Source: Anthoceros angustus (Eukaryota; Plantae; Anthocerotophyta). Taken from it: 64,000 bases of DNA. Made by a program: the position numbers and the translations under genes. The stretch covers positions 818,369-882,368 of the forward strand of contig MU008178.1 of NCBI GenBank assembly GCA_010909165.1, in the 5' to 3' direction. Each line of letters starts with the position of its first letter. The first letter of the stretch is position 1. Below, piece after piece: positions 24,745-37,729 of this stretch. The notes below the pieces were generated by a model. The model was not told the DNA's origin and did no database searches. It saw nothing but the letters and a program-made list of their open reading frames with translations.

Positions 24745-25360
24745 GTGCACATGTGTCAAAATGTGGCGAACTGACAGATGCACGCTTTTTGAAATCATGG
24801 CCAAGAAGGATGTGGTGACAAGGACGGCGCTGATAGCTGGATATGCAAAATGTGGTGAACTGAAAATGCACGCCAGGTTTTTGACGGCATGATCTTATAT
24901 ATAAAAGCTACATAAAATACGATCTCAGATAATTGGATTTTGCCTATCCGAGGCGACCAAGTCTTAGCTGGTATGCCCAGCAAGGATTCTTACATGAGGC
25001 GCTTGTGGAGTATGGACAAATAAGGAGGCGGGCCTCATTTTGGCAGACCCTTCTGTAGGCCTGTGCAGGCATTGGCGCCTTACTGAAGGGCAGGCAGCTG
25101 CACTCACAGATTGTCGAAGATGACTGCTGGATGACGTAGTGATGGGCACCTGCCTGGTGGACATGTATGCAAAATGTGGTGAACTAGAAGATGCATGCCA
25201 GGTTTCTAGCATCATCAACACAAAAATGTGGTTACTTGTAATGCCCTGATTATTAGATATGCACAGAGAGGGCTTGAACATGAGGCGTTTATTATGTATG
25301 GACAAATGGAGTAGGAGGGGCTGATTTTAGCTAACCAGGTTACTTTTGCTTGCCTTCTGA
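24745..25360 (+). pseudogene. Degenerate PLS-PPR fragment (plus strand), truncated copy
   Basis: YAKCGEL..ARQVFDGM and DMYAKCGELEDACQV motifs with stops and frameshifts; matches 36316-36942. Confidence 0.85.
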
Positions 25361-25361
25361 A

Positions 25362-26746
25362 GGGACTGAACCTTGATCAACTGCCCATCTACACGAGTGC
25401 TTGCTTCGCTGGCTGCAAGGCTGCTGCAGGCTTTGAGAGGGCTAAGATAAGTGCGAATGTTTGGACCTTCTTGATGCATCCGGGAGCAAAGCTACATAGA
25501 TTCCTCACCCTGGTCCTGGTCAGCATACCCGGCAATCAAGGCATTCGATAACATTACATCACTTGACGGCAATGCATCAAATGCATTCCGTGCATCCACA
25601 ATGCTACCACAACTTGCATACATACTCACCACAGCAGACGCAACATACACATCTGACTGAGAACCTATCCTCTCGACTTGGTCACACTTTGCTCTCCCCT
25701 TATCCAGCGTCTCAAGTTTCGACATCCTCCCACCTACAGCTGTGCCCGCCTATCTCTCTGCGAGGCTGTTACATGCTTTAAGCACGCTCACAAAGGTCCG
25801 CTCATTGGGTGAGACACCTTCTGCTTGCATCCGGCCGAGGACCTCCCAAGCTTTCTCGGCCTGGCCTTGCTCTGCATATCCGGCAAGCATGGCATTCCCT
25901 GATACTGCGATGCGGCAGCGTTTCAAACACCCGACACGCATCTAAGATGCCCCCACAGCTTGCGTACTGAATGAGAGTGTTTCCAACGAACACATCCGAC
26001 TCACATCTGTACTTGAAAGCATCACCATGTATCCGCTTAAGCTCTCCTAAGCTGCTGCAGGATTTGACAAGGCTGAGAAAGGTGTACTTGTTTGGCTTCA
26101 CACCTTCCTGCAACATCTGCTGATAAAGCCTCAGAGCTTGCTGACCTTGCCCAGATTTCTCGAACCCTGCTATGATCTCATTCCACGGGAAGACACTACG
26201 TCTGGACAATAGAGTGAACTCTTGCATGGCATCTGCAAGGCCTCCACACTTGACGAGCGTGCTGACCACAGATTCTCCCAAAAACACATCCGAAGCCATC
26301 CCACTCCTCTTGATATGAAGTAGGACTTGTTTGGCCTGAGGCAGAGCTCTCTTCTTCGAGCATGCTTGCAGAATATACCTGTAAGTCTGAACCGAAGGAC
26401 GCTGCCTTGCTGATCCAGCTGAAACAGATTTTCCAGTGCCTTATCCAACCGTCCCTCATCACACAGACTCTTGAGTGTGGACGAATCCATGACATCGGAC
26501 CCCTTGTTGCTGCAAACAGCCATTTGGCTGTCAATGAGATGGTAGAAGCCATCCGGCGAGTGGTAGATGAACACGGCTCAACCACGCGGCTCAAATCCCA
26601 GCATCTACCATGCCATCCATCCCTAGGTCACAAAAACCCTTTATTATGGATGCAAGTGGATATGCTTTGTGTGGGCCTGTGCAGTCCTGTAGGAAGATGT
26701 TCTCTGGAAGTGATGCGTTTGTGTAGTGGGAGCTGTTCCAGCCCAT
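25362..26746 (-). pseudogene. Chimeric truncated PLS-PPR pseudogene
   Basis: 25362-25970 shares lesions with pseudogene segment 38840-39440; 25971-26746 matches the 5' end of the intact PPR (14398-15182). Confidence 0.88.
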
Positions 26747-27149
26747 GATTGATGGAATGCGTGCGGCTGTGCGGTGTGGACGTCTTCTCGGTGGTGTCGC
26801 TGACACCTACTTCTTGCCAGGTGCGAGCTGATCTCCGCGTCCCGAATGGAAGTGTAAGCGTTGTCTTGCCTCTAGATTGGCACGTGAACATCTCGTCATT
26901 GTTCATGCTGTCTCAAGGTAGGCAGATACTACAAACGTTCTGAGGATGATCCAGCCTATCGGTGAAGAAGAAAACTCCATTATTTCACCTGGCTGACGAA
27001 TCCTCACATGATGATTGCTTGAGGATTCTTTTGTTGAAGTGGACGAGGAGTGTCGTGTTGAAATGGAATGAAGCTAGTGGGTGGTTAGTTGGTTCTGTCT
27101 CTCGGATTTTGGCCTTGCAACCAAATTGTAGGGCGGAGACTTGGCGGGA

Positions 27150-27725
27150 GAAGGCGGCTCCCAACAAGGTTACCGTTGCCCAGGAAGCCTCCCCCTCCAC
27201 GGCCCTGGGCTCCGCACAGCTCACCAGCGTCCCAGGGATCCGCCTGTCCCACCAGGTGATCGTGAAGGAGTCCAAAAAAACATGCGAGGGCGAGTTCATG
27301 ATCACGGACCTGAGCAATTGCAGGGTAGAGCTCAGAGGCACATGCCAGGCGCCCTTCATCCGTAGAGTGACGGACTGCCAGATCTTCGCCGGTCTCGTTA
27401 CCTGCGTTGTTTTGTGGAGGGAATGTTTTGATGTTGGATTTGCCCCAGATACGGATTCCAACGGATCGCCGACGCGGATTTCTATCTGCGAGTAAGGAGC
27501 AGGCCTGTGGTGCAGCATACTCGAGGGTGAGATGTGCGGCCTGCGCTTTCCGGTACCAGGTTGTGGATTGGCATTTGGAGGCTTGATTGCAACTGAGTGT
27601 GAAGACAGGGCCTTGGGAGAATGTGGACGACTTCCGCTGGCTGGGCTCCACGCCGTTCCCAAGTTGGCTTGTGATTTCAGGTTACAGTGTCTGGCCGGGA
27701 TCTTGGGAAGGTGTGGAGGATCAGC
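27150..27725 (+). pseudogene. Truncated tubulin-folding cofactor C pseudogene, duplicate
   Basis: Near-identical to 15586-16160. Confidence 0.9.
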
Positions 27726-28062
27726 TGGTTTCTGCAAAAGAGGGCGGGTTGCAAGCCGGAATCACTGAGCCTGTTTTGGGTGAATCTCCCCTTCATAATC
27801 CGCCTAAAAAAACTCACACAATTATCAAAACGTGTGTAGGTATCTACATCACCTGTGTGAGAGCGTATCTACTGGTATCACTGAAGTTGCCTCCGCCCCA
27901 CGGTAGGTCATGGCAGCCACTTTGGACTGGCAGGAGTTATTCCATGCCATAGTCGTGGCTTCGCCACTGGGGAGACATGTCAACTATCTAACTGGGCCAA
28001 CATCGCTCAAGAAAATCATGTATCTACCTAGGCTAAAGCACGACTTCCAGTGTGCAAACTCC

Positions 28063-31000
28063 TCATCGCCTTTGAAAGTTGAGGTACTTGATGCTGAAGC
28101 CGAAGACAAACGCAAACAAAACAACGAATCCCACATGCGCTACTACCACCCAGTCCAGAAAACCAGAATGCATCCCCATATCGTGTTGCAGAAATTCTTT
28201 CACCGTCTGGACAGAGGTACCATCCGGCAGTACTAAAGGGCTGTCGATGTCACCCAACTGAGACCCAACCAAACCATACAATGACCATGCCACAGGGTTG
28301 GCCCAATAATACCACCGCCACCAGATAGGGATTTGCTGCGCCACAACAAAGAACACACGACCACATTTAGCCCACCTTGTACATCTGGAACAGCAATTTG
28401 TGAGGCAAGCCAAGAACTCCACTTACAGGACGCTGGATCATAAACCCTGCAAACAGATTCCACACTCCATGGAAGGCGGATGACACGACAGTGGCCACTT
28501 CAAGGTTGGGCGTGAAGGAGACGGTCATCATCCCATACAGGGTAAAGTACAAAAGGTGAAATAGCTGAAGAAGAGGAAGTAAAAGAATTTGGCTGCTGTC
28601 CACTCAAACTGGAACATGGAATAGACAATTACGCAATAGATAATAGTCTGGAGGAGTACATAGGGCAGCTCAATAACCACCTGCATCCCGAAAGTGCCCA
28701 ATGTCAGTTCCAGCATAGGTCAGCGACAATCACAGAAGCAATCTAGCAGAAAGTGTGTATCTTACTTGGCCAAAAGCGTAAGGCATTGCAGAATACATCC
28801 CGGCCGCTCGTTCTCGGTAAAAGACAGTTCTCTCAACCGAGACAACTGGCTGTATTGTGGATGCATCGTTTAGTCCAATGAACAAGACGGCGGCATACAA
28901 GGCACCCATTACGTTGGAAACATCTTGAAAAGTTGAGCTGCAACAAGGAGGAACAATTTCAGTCCAAAACTGTCAGGTGCGGCCTCTCAGAATAAAGAAA
29001 CGCGGGAAGGACCACCTACTGTTTCTTCCCCAAGCCCCAGAATATCGAGCCCAGCAAAAGGGCAACAATAATCGTGTAGAAAATCCGAACAGCGTTGTGC
29101 GGAGGATTGCGCCAGTAGGACTTATGCTGCTTCCACAAGGTTGCTTGGCACTGGATCCAGAAAGACTGTGCAAATTTGGTTGGAAACTGCAGCTCCCTTG
29201 CGTCCGATCGTGGCTTGCTTAACTCCTCAATCAGCTCCTCGTTGCGTCTGCGGTAGGAAGCAGCCCAGTGGTTTTCAGCAAAATCTGAAATCTTGAGAGT
29301 TAATTACCACGACTGAACAAACAACTCGTGTCATGAGGTCTACCGATAGAGAGTCGATTGTTTATACACTTCAGCGAAATCAACACCAAGACGCTCCTCT
29401 TCCGACGCTGAGGTAACTTCCAACATCCATGTAGCTGGATTGTAACCATCCGGGATCTTAGGAACCCCCTCAACGGCCTGCGATCAGCGGAGAATGTAGG
29501 CGACAATACAGTTAGAAGAAATGTAACACCTGCATGCTAATGAACGCTAATTTGGAAACATCAGAATACGAACCTCAAAATAGGAGATAAGCTGGTTGGA
29601 CTGTCTGCCCAATGGACCGGTGTAGATAACTCGTCCTCCTCTTTTCATCAACAAGAGCTGTAAAGTGGACGATCATTAGAAACTGTGGCACGTTGCAGGA
29701 TTTCACCAGCTTCGCCAGTAGTATCGAGCAGCAAATTTAATCACCACGGACCTCATCAAAAGCCTCGAATATGTCGATGCTTGGTTGGTGAATGGTACAC
29801 ACCACAGTTCGACCAGTGTTAACAGTGTTCCGAACTGTCCTCATGACAATCGCTGCAGCACGGGCGTCTAATCCGGAGGTTGGCTCATCCATGAATATGA
29901 CTGAAGGATTAGCAACAAGCTCCACAGCGATGGTTAGCCTCTTTCTTTGCTCTGTTGAGAGACCGGTTACTCCTGGGAGACCGACCAAGGCGTCTCTCAG
30001 GGACTTAGCTCCACAAGATCGATGACTTGATCAATAAACATCTGCACCACACCAAGAACACAAGTTGCTTTGGGCTTCAACGTTGCTTGTAAGGGGTGCG
30101 TCAGGATCAGGGGCTTGCTAGCTTGTGATCATGAGTGCTTACCAGTCGAGTCTTGGCATCAATGTCAGATGATAAGCGAAGCCAAGCAGAAAATAAGATG
30201 GACTCGTAAACAGTTACGTTCGGTGAGTGTATGTCCTGCTGCTCACAGTATCCAGCAATCCGTGCAAAGGTCTCCTGTTTCTTGGGAAATCCGGACAAGC
30301 TGATCGCACCCTCAATATACCCTCCTGTTTTTCGTCCTGCCAATACATCCATTAGTGTCGTCTTCCCTGCTCCGCTTACACCCATCAGTGCTGTTAAAAC
30401 TCCTGGCTGGAACACTCCACTGATATTGTCCAACAGGTGCAGCCTGTTTTCAACAACCCCTTGCTGCTTCATCTCCTGCAACCAAAAATTAGACACGAAG
30501 GTAAGTATGTGCACAAATGAATGTGACGACGACTTCCATAAGAAATTTATGGGTCTATTCAACCATGCAAAACTTACAGGAGGCGTGTCCACGTAGTAGT
30601 TGATATCGTGAAAAGTTAATGCTAAGGGCTGGAATGGCAAAACCATTCCCTTCTGAGGACCACCGATCTGGGACAGTTCAATGTCATGAGAGGCAGGACG
30701 ACCTGAGACACAGATTGATTAATATTGCCTGATCGCCTTACGGATTCGTGGGCTCAATGTCATCGTGAGAATAACATAGAAAACACATAGCTAGATCTCA
30801 ATTCTCATGGAATGAAGGGTACCGGTGTTACCGTCCTGGATGGAAGCAGTGGACGTTTCTGAGCTTGAATCGGAAGACCTCTCCTCAAGCATTTCCTTAG
30901 ATACGGTTGCTTGGGACTTTCCAGTGGCTGCATTTCACCGCAGAAGGCAACAACCAGTAATCAGCTTATACATGTTGCTTGGGGTCTGAACAATAAGAGA

Positions 31001-34000
31001 ATTCAGAAAGACCAGTTTAGACTGACGGATTACGAAGCCACATGAAGACAGCACCTATATCAGACACCGTAGAGGCTATTCCAGAGGCACTGAAGTGTCA
31101 AGTTGTCTCACGACTATGCATAGACTTCTGAACTTGAAAGATTGAAAGACTTACGGCTCAAATATTGAAGCGCCAACGTAAACAAGACATTGAAGAGGAT
31201 ATTATAACCAATGAGAGCAAGTGCTCCAATCCAAAACCATCTCTTATCTCTGAACATTCCGCGACTCTCCAGAATCTGCTCGCCTATAGTCCACGCTGTT
31301 TGTCCATCCAAGATGAATTTCTGATGAAGAAACAGAAGTGGAAGCGTGAGATGGATTAATTTGTAGATTCATCAAGCACATTTTGAGCAGAATGCAAGAA
31401 TCTGGCCGTAAGTACGTACCTTGGACCACCGAGGGGCAAGAAACTCGTTTACACTGACAGCATTTTGACCGTACATCATAGGCGATATCCAGTAGCCCCA
31501 AATCCACCACGGATGGATGTCCTCTGTTAGCACAACAAAAACGTTAGGCCTTCAATTTGGAATCCGGAAAAGAGGAGTGCCTCAGGTGTATCATTTCAGA
31601 AATAAGCCACTTACTTCTCGACATAATGAAACCTCCAAGTACGAAGACAATCAGGAGGGAAAACGAGCCGACTGTGTTTGCTACGACCAGCGTCCCACTA
31701 ATTGCGGCAATGAGTCTGAAAAGTCCTAAAGACATTTGATGGACCAAGAAGAACAAAAAGAACTGGGAGAAAAATCTGCAATATGCACAGGTCCACAGAG
31801 AGTGATGATTAGAGATAAGAATCCTTGTAAGTTGATTGATGCCCGCAAATATATCCAACAAACTAATTGCCAAGCGGTTCAGGTCAATAGATCTAACCTG
31901 CTAGGCTCAGGTGCAAAACCAATAACATAGTATGTTAGAATGACCCAGATGCCTGATTCCAGCAGCGATAGAGGAACTTTTAGAATCCAAGTAGGTAAAG
32001 TGAACGCCCACGCTGGGTACAAAAGCAGGTCCCTTTGCTTGTAGTACACTGGGAGTCGGTTTATAGTCATGACTAGCTCGGCAAGACCATTGAACATCAC
32101 ATTGATCAGACCGAAAAAGAGAGCCCCCATGTATTGCGATCCATCATTAACAGTGCCGTGATGCATTTCTGTGCGAAGAAACACTGTCATAGTGATGCTG
32201 GCGACAATGGTTATCTGTGGGATGGTGACATACCGAGAAAGTCAGTCAAAAATATCCAGCCTTATCATGTAAATCAAAGACCTTTAAATCTGAGACACAT
32301 GTGCAGCAGCTCACCTGTACAACTTTGAAGACATAGACGAAAAGATTCCGCCGCAACAGGAGGACCTCTGTGGAGAAGCATGCCTTGAACAGGTCCCGCG
32401 AACTGAGAGCATATTTCTTCTTGACTAACGCTGCAGGGTGACTTCTGGTCTTATCAAACGGGATGAGCATTTCGTAAACGAGCTCTTTTCCCACATGGAA
32501 CCTCTTGAATTCAAGTGCGAAGGTGGGCACCGAGACATAAGCGTACGGTTTGGATTTATCAGACCAATACTGCTCTTGATCCTTTCTCGACGTCACCTGC
32601 AATTCGAAGACTTCACTGTACTTTTTCCTCCTTTAAAACCATGCATTTCCAAACAACTACTGTACTCCTGCAGGCAAGATCACAATAATATCTGAGCATG
32701 CCACATTGTTAAAGTTAGTTTCATACCTCCTGCAGAAAATCGGCCACGCCCTTTCTGTCTGGACAAGTAAATCCCATCTCTTTAAAGAAGTCCAGAACTG
32801 AATTACGTGGTCCTTGATACACAATCTGGCCTTCAGAGAAGTATGAGGTCGTCAAACAGTTCGAAGGTTTCTGGTGCAGGCTGAAGTAGTGAAACCACCA
32901 TGGTTCCATCCAGAAACTGTACAGACTGGCGCAGGAACTTCACGATTTGAAAGGTTGTCGAGCTATCAAGCCCCGTGGAGATTTCGTCCATGAAAAGAGC
33001 CCTGGCGGGGCCCACTAACATCTCCCCTGAAAATTCGCCACAACTCTTGGATCATCGCTCTACCTCCCGTCCCGTTGCTGGCTGTTTGCATTACTATCAC
33101 TTTTACAAAAACAAAAAGTGAAGGGAAAAAAACTAACCCGTAGTCACGCGCTTACGCTGTCCTCCTGAGACGCCCCTCATCATCTCATTTCCGACAATAG
33201 TGTCCGCGCAAATTTCCAGGCCCAAGGTCTGTCATTGACAAATTAATCCGCACATAAGCATAATTACAATCGACTCCCATTTGCCCCATGGACCTGCAGA
33301 AGCTACGCTAACTGACCTTTAGAATGCAGTCAGTTATGATGCTGGTAGTGGATCCTTGGACAGTTGCTGCCTGCAAAAGAGTCATACAGTTTTTTATCAT
33401 GGGTTGAGTTGGTAAGCCGTTTCTCTCAATTCACCATATGGGAACTGGCCATTTCAAACTACCTTCATGAACGCGTCCAAATCCACATCCGGCTTGATGC
33501 CCTGCGCCCTCTCTTTCTCTAGAAGTTCAACTAGCATCCCTGCAAGATATTTGATATAGTAAGGATTTGCCAAGTCTTAATAATCCAACCTGTATAAAAT
33601 TTGTTCCCATGTGACCCTTGCACCAGGTGATACAAGGTGAGTGGAGCATCGGAGTGGAGTATCTTACCATACCGTGCGCCAACACCTTGGCATCTACCAT
33701 AAAAATTGAGTGTTTCTCTAACTGTCATTTCACCGACTTGTAGATCATTACGGCTAATGTATGCCGAGGTTCTTGGGAACAAACTCATGTAGATCGTGGC
33801 GTTGTATGTGACACGCCTAATTTCTACAAATATACCCATTGAATGAGAGGGGACTCAAACAAAGATTCAATGGCGCAATATCAAAATAATTCCTTGGGCA
33901 TTTATTAGAGCTACCTTGAGTTTGGGGTCTAGCTTTCCGCCAAAGCAAGTAGGAAGGTGGTTTTCAGCATTTGGTGGCCCAAGAAGTAAGGTCATCTGTC

Positions 34001-34934
34001 AAAATTTAAAAATTGTGTGAGATTATTGTGAGATGTGCCACTCACCCTTTGACCTCTGCAAGGTTATAAACAAAGAAAAGAGAATTACACGGAGGAATGT
34101 GGCAATACCTTTTGGGACGAATAATCCGCTTACTTCTTGCAAAATGGTAAGCTTTTGTTTCCTCGAAGGTGCTAAACCAATTTTCTCTAGTATTCCCTAA
34201 GCAAATTGTTCCATTCAAACATAAGAAGCATGCTATGTAAGAGTATTTTAATTGTAACCACACCATTCTCATTATTGATAGATCATCTTTCCTTTGTTGT
34301 TTTCAATTATATTTATCTATCAAATTATCTATCTATCTATTTATGCAATCTCTCTACATCTATCCAATTGTTGTCATGTGTGCACACCTAGGAAAGCTGG
34401 AAAATTTCAGCACACAAAAAGCCCTCACCTCGCTAAATTAAGTGTGGAGTTGAGGATTGTGGAAGTGCTCGTTGGCCGACATGAACCATTGCCGTTACGT
34501 TAATTGCTCAAACCGCACTTCAATTGTAGGCAACTCAATTCCAACTCTGCACATCCAATTCACATAAATCAATCACTTGTAGTTTGATCTTGGGAGACCC
34601 CAATTATGCATGCTTTAACACTACAAACACAAATAGACATATTAAGGCAATTGATGTCTAGCAAGCTTACGCATCGAAACGATTTCGAATATTTTTAAGA
34701 AACCACTCATTGTCCTCCGCACTCTTGAGCCGCATGATGTTGGCAAGCAAGGCCTGCCTATCTTCAACACTAAGCCTTTGAACATCAACCTTTTTGCAAG
34801 CGTCTTGATGTTACTCTCATTTACACTATGAAAATTGCCGTTGCTGCCTAGGTGGAGAGATTCTCTAGCGCAGCCCATTGGAGCTCCTCCTCCTCCTCCA
34901 CCTTGTCTTCCATCCTGAAAGAGTGGGCGGCCAT
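28063..34934 (-). CDS. Full-size ABCG/PDR transporter, copy B (near-identical to copy A; apparent frameshifts mainly in the 5' part)
   Basis: [55 protein letters not shown]; same exon structure as copy A. Confidence 0.75.
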
Positions 34935-36315
34935 GGCCTCCACAACTGCGTCTCTAGCTCCTGCTCTAGGTGGAAACAAAAGAATTCAATCAAACCTGAG
35001 AGCCTCTCTAGATATAAGGGGAAGTTATAGTTAGGAACCTATTCATCTTGGAATCTATCTCCCAGCATAGTATAATATGTTTGTACCACAAATCCATATA
35101 GTGTTATATTTCTATACCATAAATCTTAAAATAGGGCTAATCTTAAAATATCAGTAATTCATGTTCTAGAATAGTATTATATGTTTATACCACACATTTA
35201 TGTAATAGTATATATACCGTAAGTCCTAAATAATAATAATAAATATCTAGAATAATATTAAATATATTACATAATTCTATATATTATTATATTTGTATAC
35301 CACATATCAGTATTTTTGAACTGTCTGCTTTTCGCTTTGCTCAGTCTCAACCTTGGTATGAGTCGATGCGTTCTCCGGGAGGCGCATTTCGCGTAGCCAT
35401 GCATGTGGAGGTTAGGCTAGAGGAGGCCAATGTGCTAGTGTACTTACTTATGGGGTTACAGATCAACAAGGACATGCAGCAGGCTGTGTTAGCACAGGTG
35501 CCCTGTCGGTGCCCCTGCTCTCCGACAGACAGCTCTCGGATCAACACTCTCCAACTGCATTCTCGCCGGGCTGAGGAAGAGCTTTCATATCGGCTGGCCA
35601 TGATATACTAGATGTTCGTGCTGGATGATGAGCTGTTCGTTGCCACATAGCGGCTCACTGATATGAGAGCAGAGTTTCTGCTGGATACTACAGTCTCTGT
35701 AGACAAGAGGATAATCTGTCAGAAACGGGTATCATGGGAATGGACAAGGCATCAACTCTCACCAGCTCAGAGTGGGAAAGAATGTTGGCTTGCTACGGAG
35801 TAATTGAACTCCTGCAGCTTTCCGCTGTGTTATGCCCACTAACTTGTTTGTGACTCCTCTGTCGATGTTCGTGCTGAAGTACCTACTTCAGGTTCCTGTC
35901 CTACCCCGTTCCTCCTCGTTCCAGGTATGCCAGCCACAGGCGTTTTTGCAACACCTGTCCGAGCCCTGGTCTTCAAGCCCTTTTGGGTTTTGCTTTTAGA
36001 AGGAGGTGTCACATTCACTGAGACAGTGTGAGGATTTTCTTGTCCATCACCTGCACGTGTCTTCCTTTTGCTGTGGTCTTGCCTAGCACATCATCCTTAG
36101 CGAGTTCAGCTTGCTTGCGCTTCTTTGAACTTGGCCCATTATCTTTCCTCTTTTCAGCCCTAACCCCCACTGAGGGGCTGAGGATCTGGTTTCCAGGTTT
36201 GGTTACAGTTCCCCCCTTTTAACCTGCTTTGGACTTCCTTGAGGCTTCATTCCTTCCTGTCTCTTTGCTAGGCTACTCCCTGGGAACCTGGACAGGAACT
36301 TTCTGCTGTTTGGCT

Positions 36316-37720
36316 GGTGCACATGTGTCAAAATGTGGCGAACTGACAGATGCACGCTTTTTTTTTGAAATCATGGCCAAGAAGGATGTGGTGACAAGGA
36401 CGGCGCTGATAGCTGGATATGCAAAATGTGGTGAACTGAAAAATGCACGCCAGGTTTTTGACGGCATGATCTTATATATAAAAGCTACATAAAATACGAT
36501 CTCAGATAATTGGATTTTGCCTATCCGAGGCGACCAAGTCTTAGCTGGTATGCCCAGCAAGGATTCTTACATGAGGCGCTTGTGGAGTATGGACAAATAA
36601 GGAGGCGGGCCTCATTTTGGCAGACCCCTTCTGTAGGCCTGTGCAGGCATTGGCGCCTTACTGAAGGGCAGGCAGCTGCACTCACAGATTGTCGAAGATG
36701 ACTGCTGGATGACGTAGTGATGGGCACCTGCCTGGTGGACATGTATGCAAAATGTGGTGAACTAGAAGATGCATGCCAGGTTTCTAGCATCATCAACACA
36801 AAAAATGTGGTTACTTGTAATGCCCTGATTATTAGATATGCACAGAGAGGGCTTGAACATGAGGCGTTTATTATGTATGGACAAATGGAGTAGGAGGGGC
36901 TGATTTTAGCTAACCAGGTTACTTTTGCTTGCCTTCTGAAGGCCTGGCCTGTGCAAGCACTGGTGCCTTGCGTAAAGGGCAGGCAGCTGCACTCACAGAT
37001 TGTCGAAATAGGACTGCTGGATGACATAGTGGTGGGACCTGCCTGCTGGACATGTACGCAATATGTGGTGGACTAAAAGATGCACGCCAGGCTTTTGACA
37101 GCATGAACACAAAGAATGTGGTGTCATGGACCGTCTTGATATTTAGGTATGGTACTTGTGATCCAGCACTCCTGCTAACTTGTTTGTTAGCAACCGCCTG
37201 GTGCACATGTATGCAAAATGTGGTGAACCAACAGATGCACGCCAGGTTTTTGAAAGCATGGCCAAGAAGGATGTGGTGACATGAACGGCGCAGAACGGTA
37301 TGCTAAATGTGGTGAACTGAAAGGTGCACGGGGCTTTTGACACCACGAACCCAAAAATCTGGTGACTTGGACTGCCCTAAATAAAATAGCTGGGCATGCC
37401 CAACAAGGGCTCGGACATGAGGCGCACACAACTCACACAACGGACTTGTCCAAAGCGGACTGCTTGATAACGTAGTGTTGGGCACCTGCCAGCAGACATG
37501 TTTGCAAAATAAAAAATGTAGCCAATTGGAAGATGCACCCAAGGCGTTGAGTGATTGGCCAAAAAGAATGTGGGCACATGGACGACGCTGGTTGCTGGAA
37601 ATGCCCAACAAGAGCTTAGACATGAGGCGCTTGTTTTGTATGGATAAGTTGAATAGGAGGGCCTAAGTGTTTGGCTCGCCGTAGTATTCATACTTGCCTT
37701 CTGAAGACCTGTCCAAGCAG
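36316..37720 (+). pseudogene. Degenerate PLS-PPR pseudogene (plus strand, distinct subfamily from the cassette PPR)
   Basis: Repeated MYAKCGEL(K/T/E)DARQ(V/A)FD..KNVV(S/T)W motifs with many stops and frameshifts. Confidence 0.85.
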
Positions 37721-37729
37721 GCTGCAGGA

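Larger units (their letters stand above)
14398..25970. repeat. Recent segmental tandem duplication, unit 1 (~11.6 kb)
   Basis: Near-identical to 25971-36942 and 38840-39440 (offset ~11.57 kb), including introns and intergenic DNA. Confidence 0.93.
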
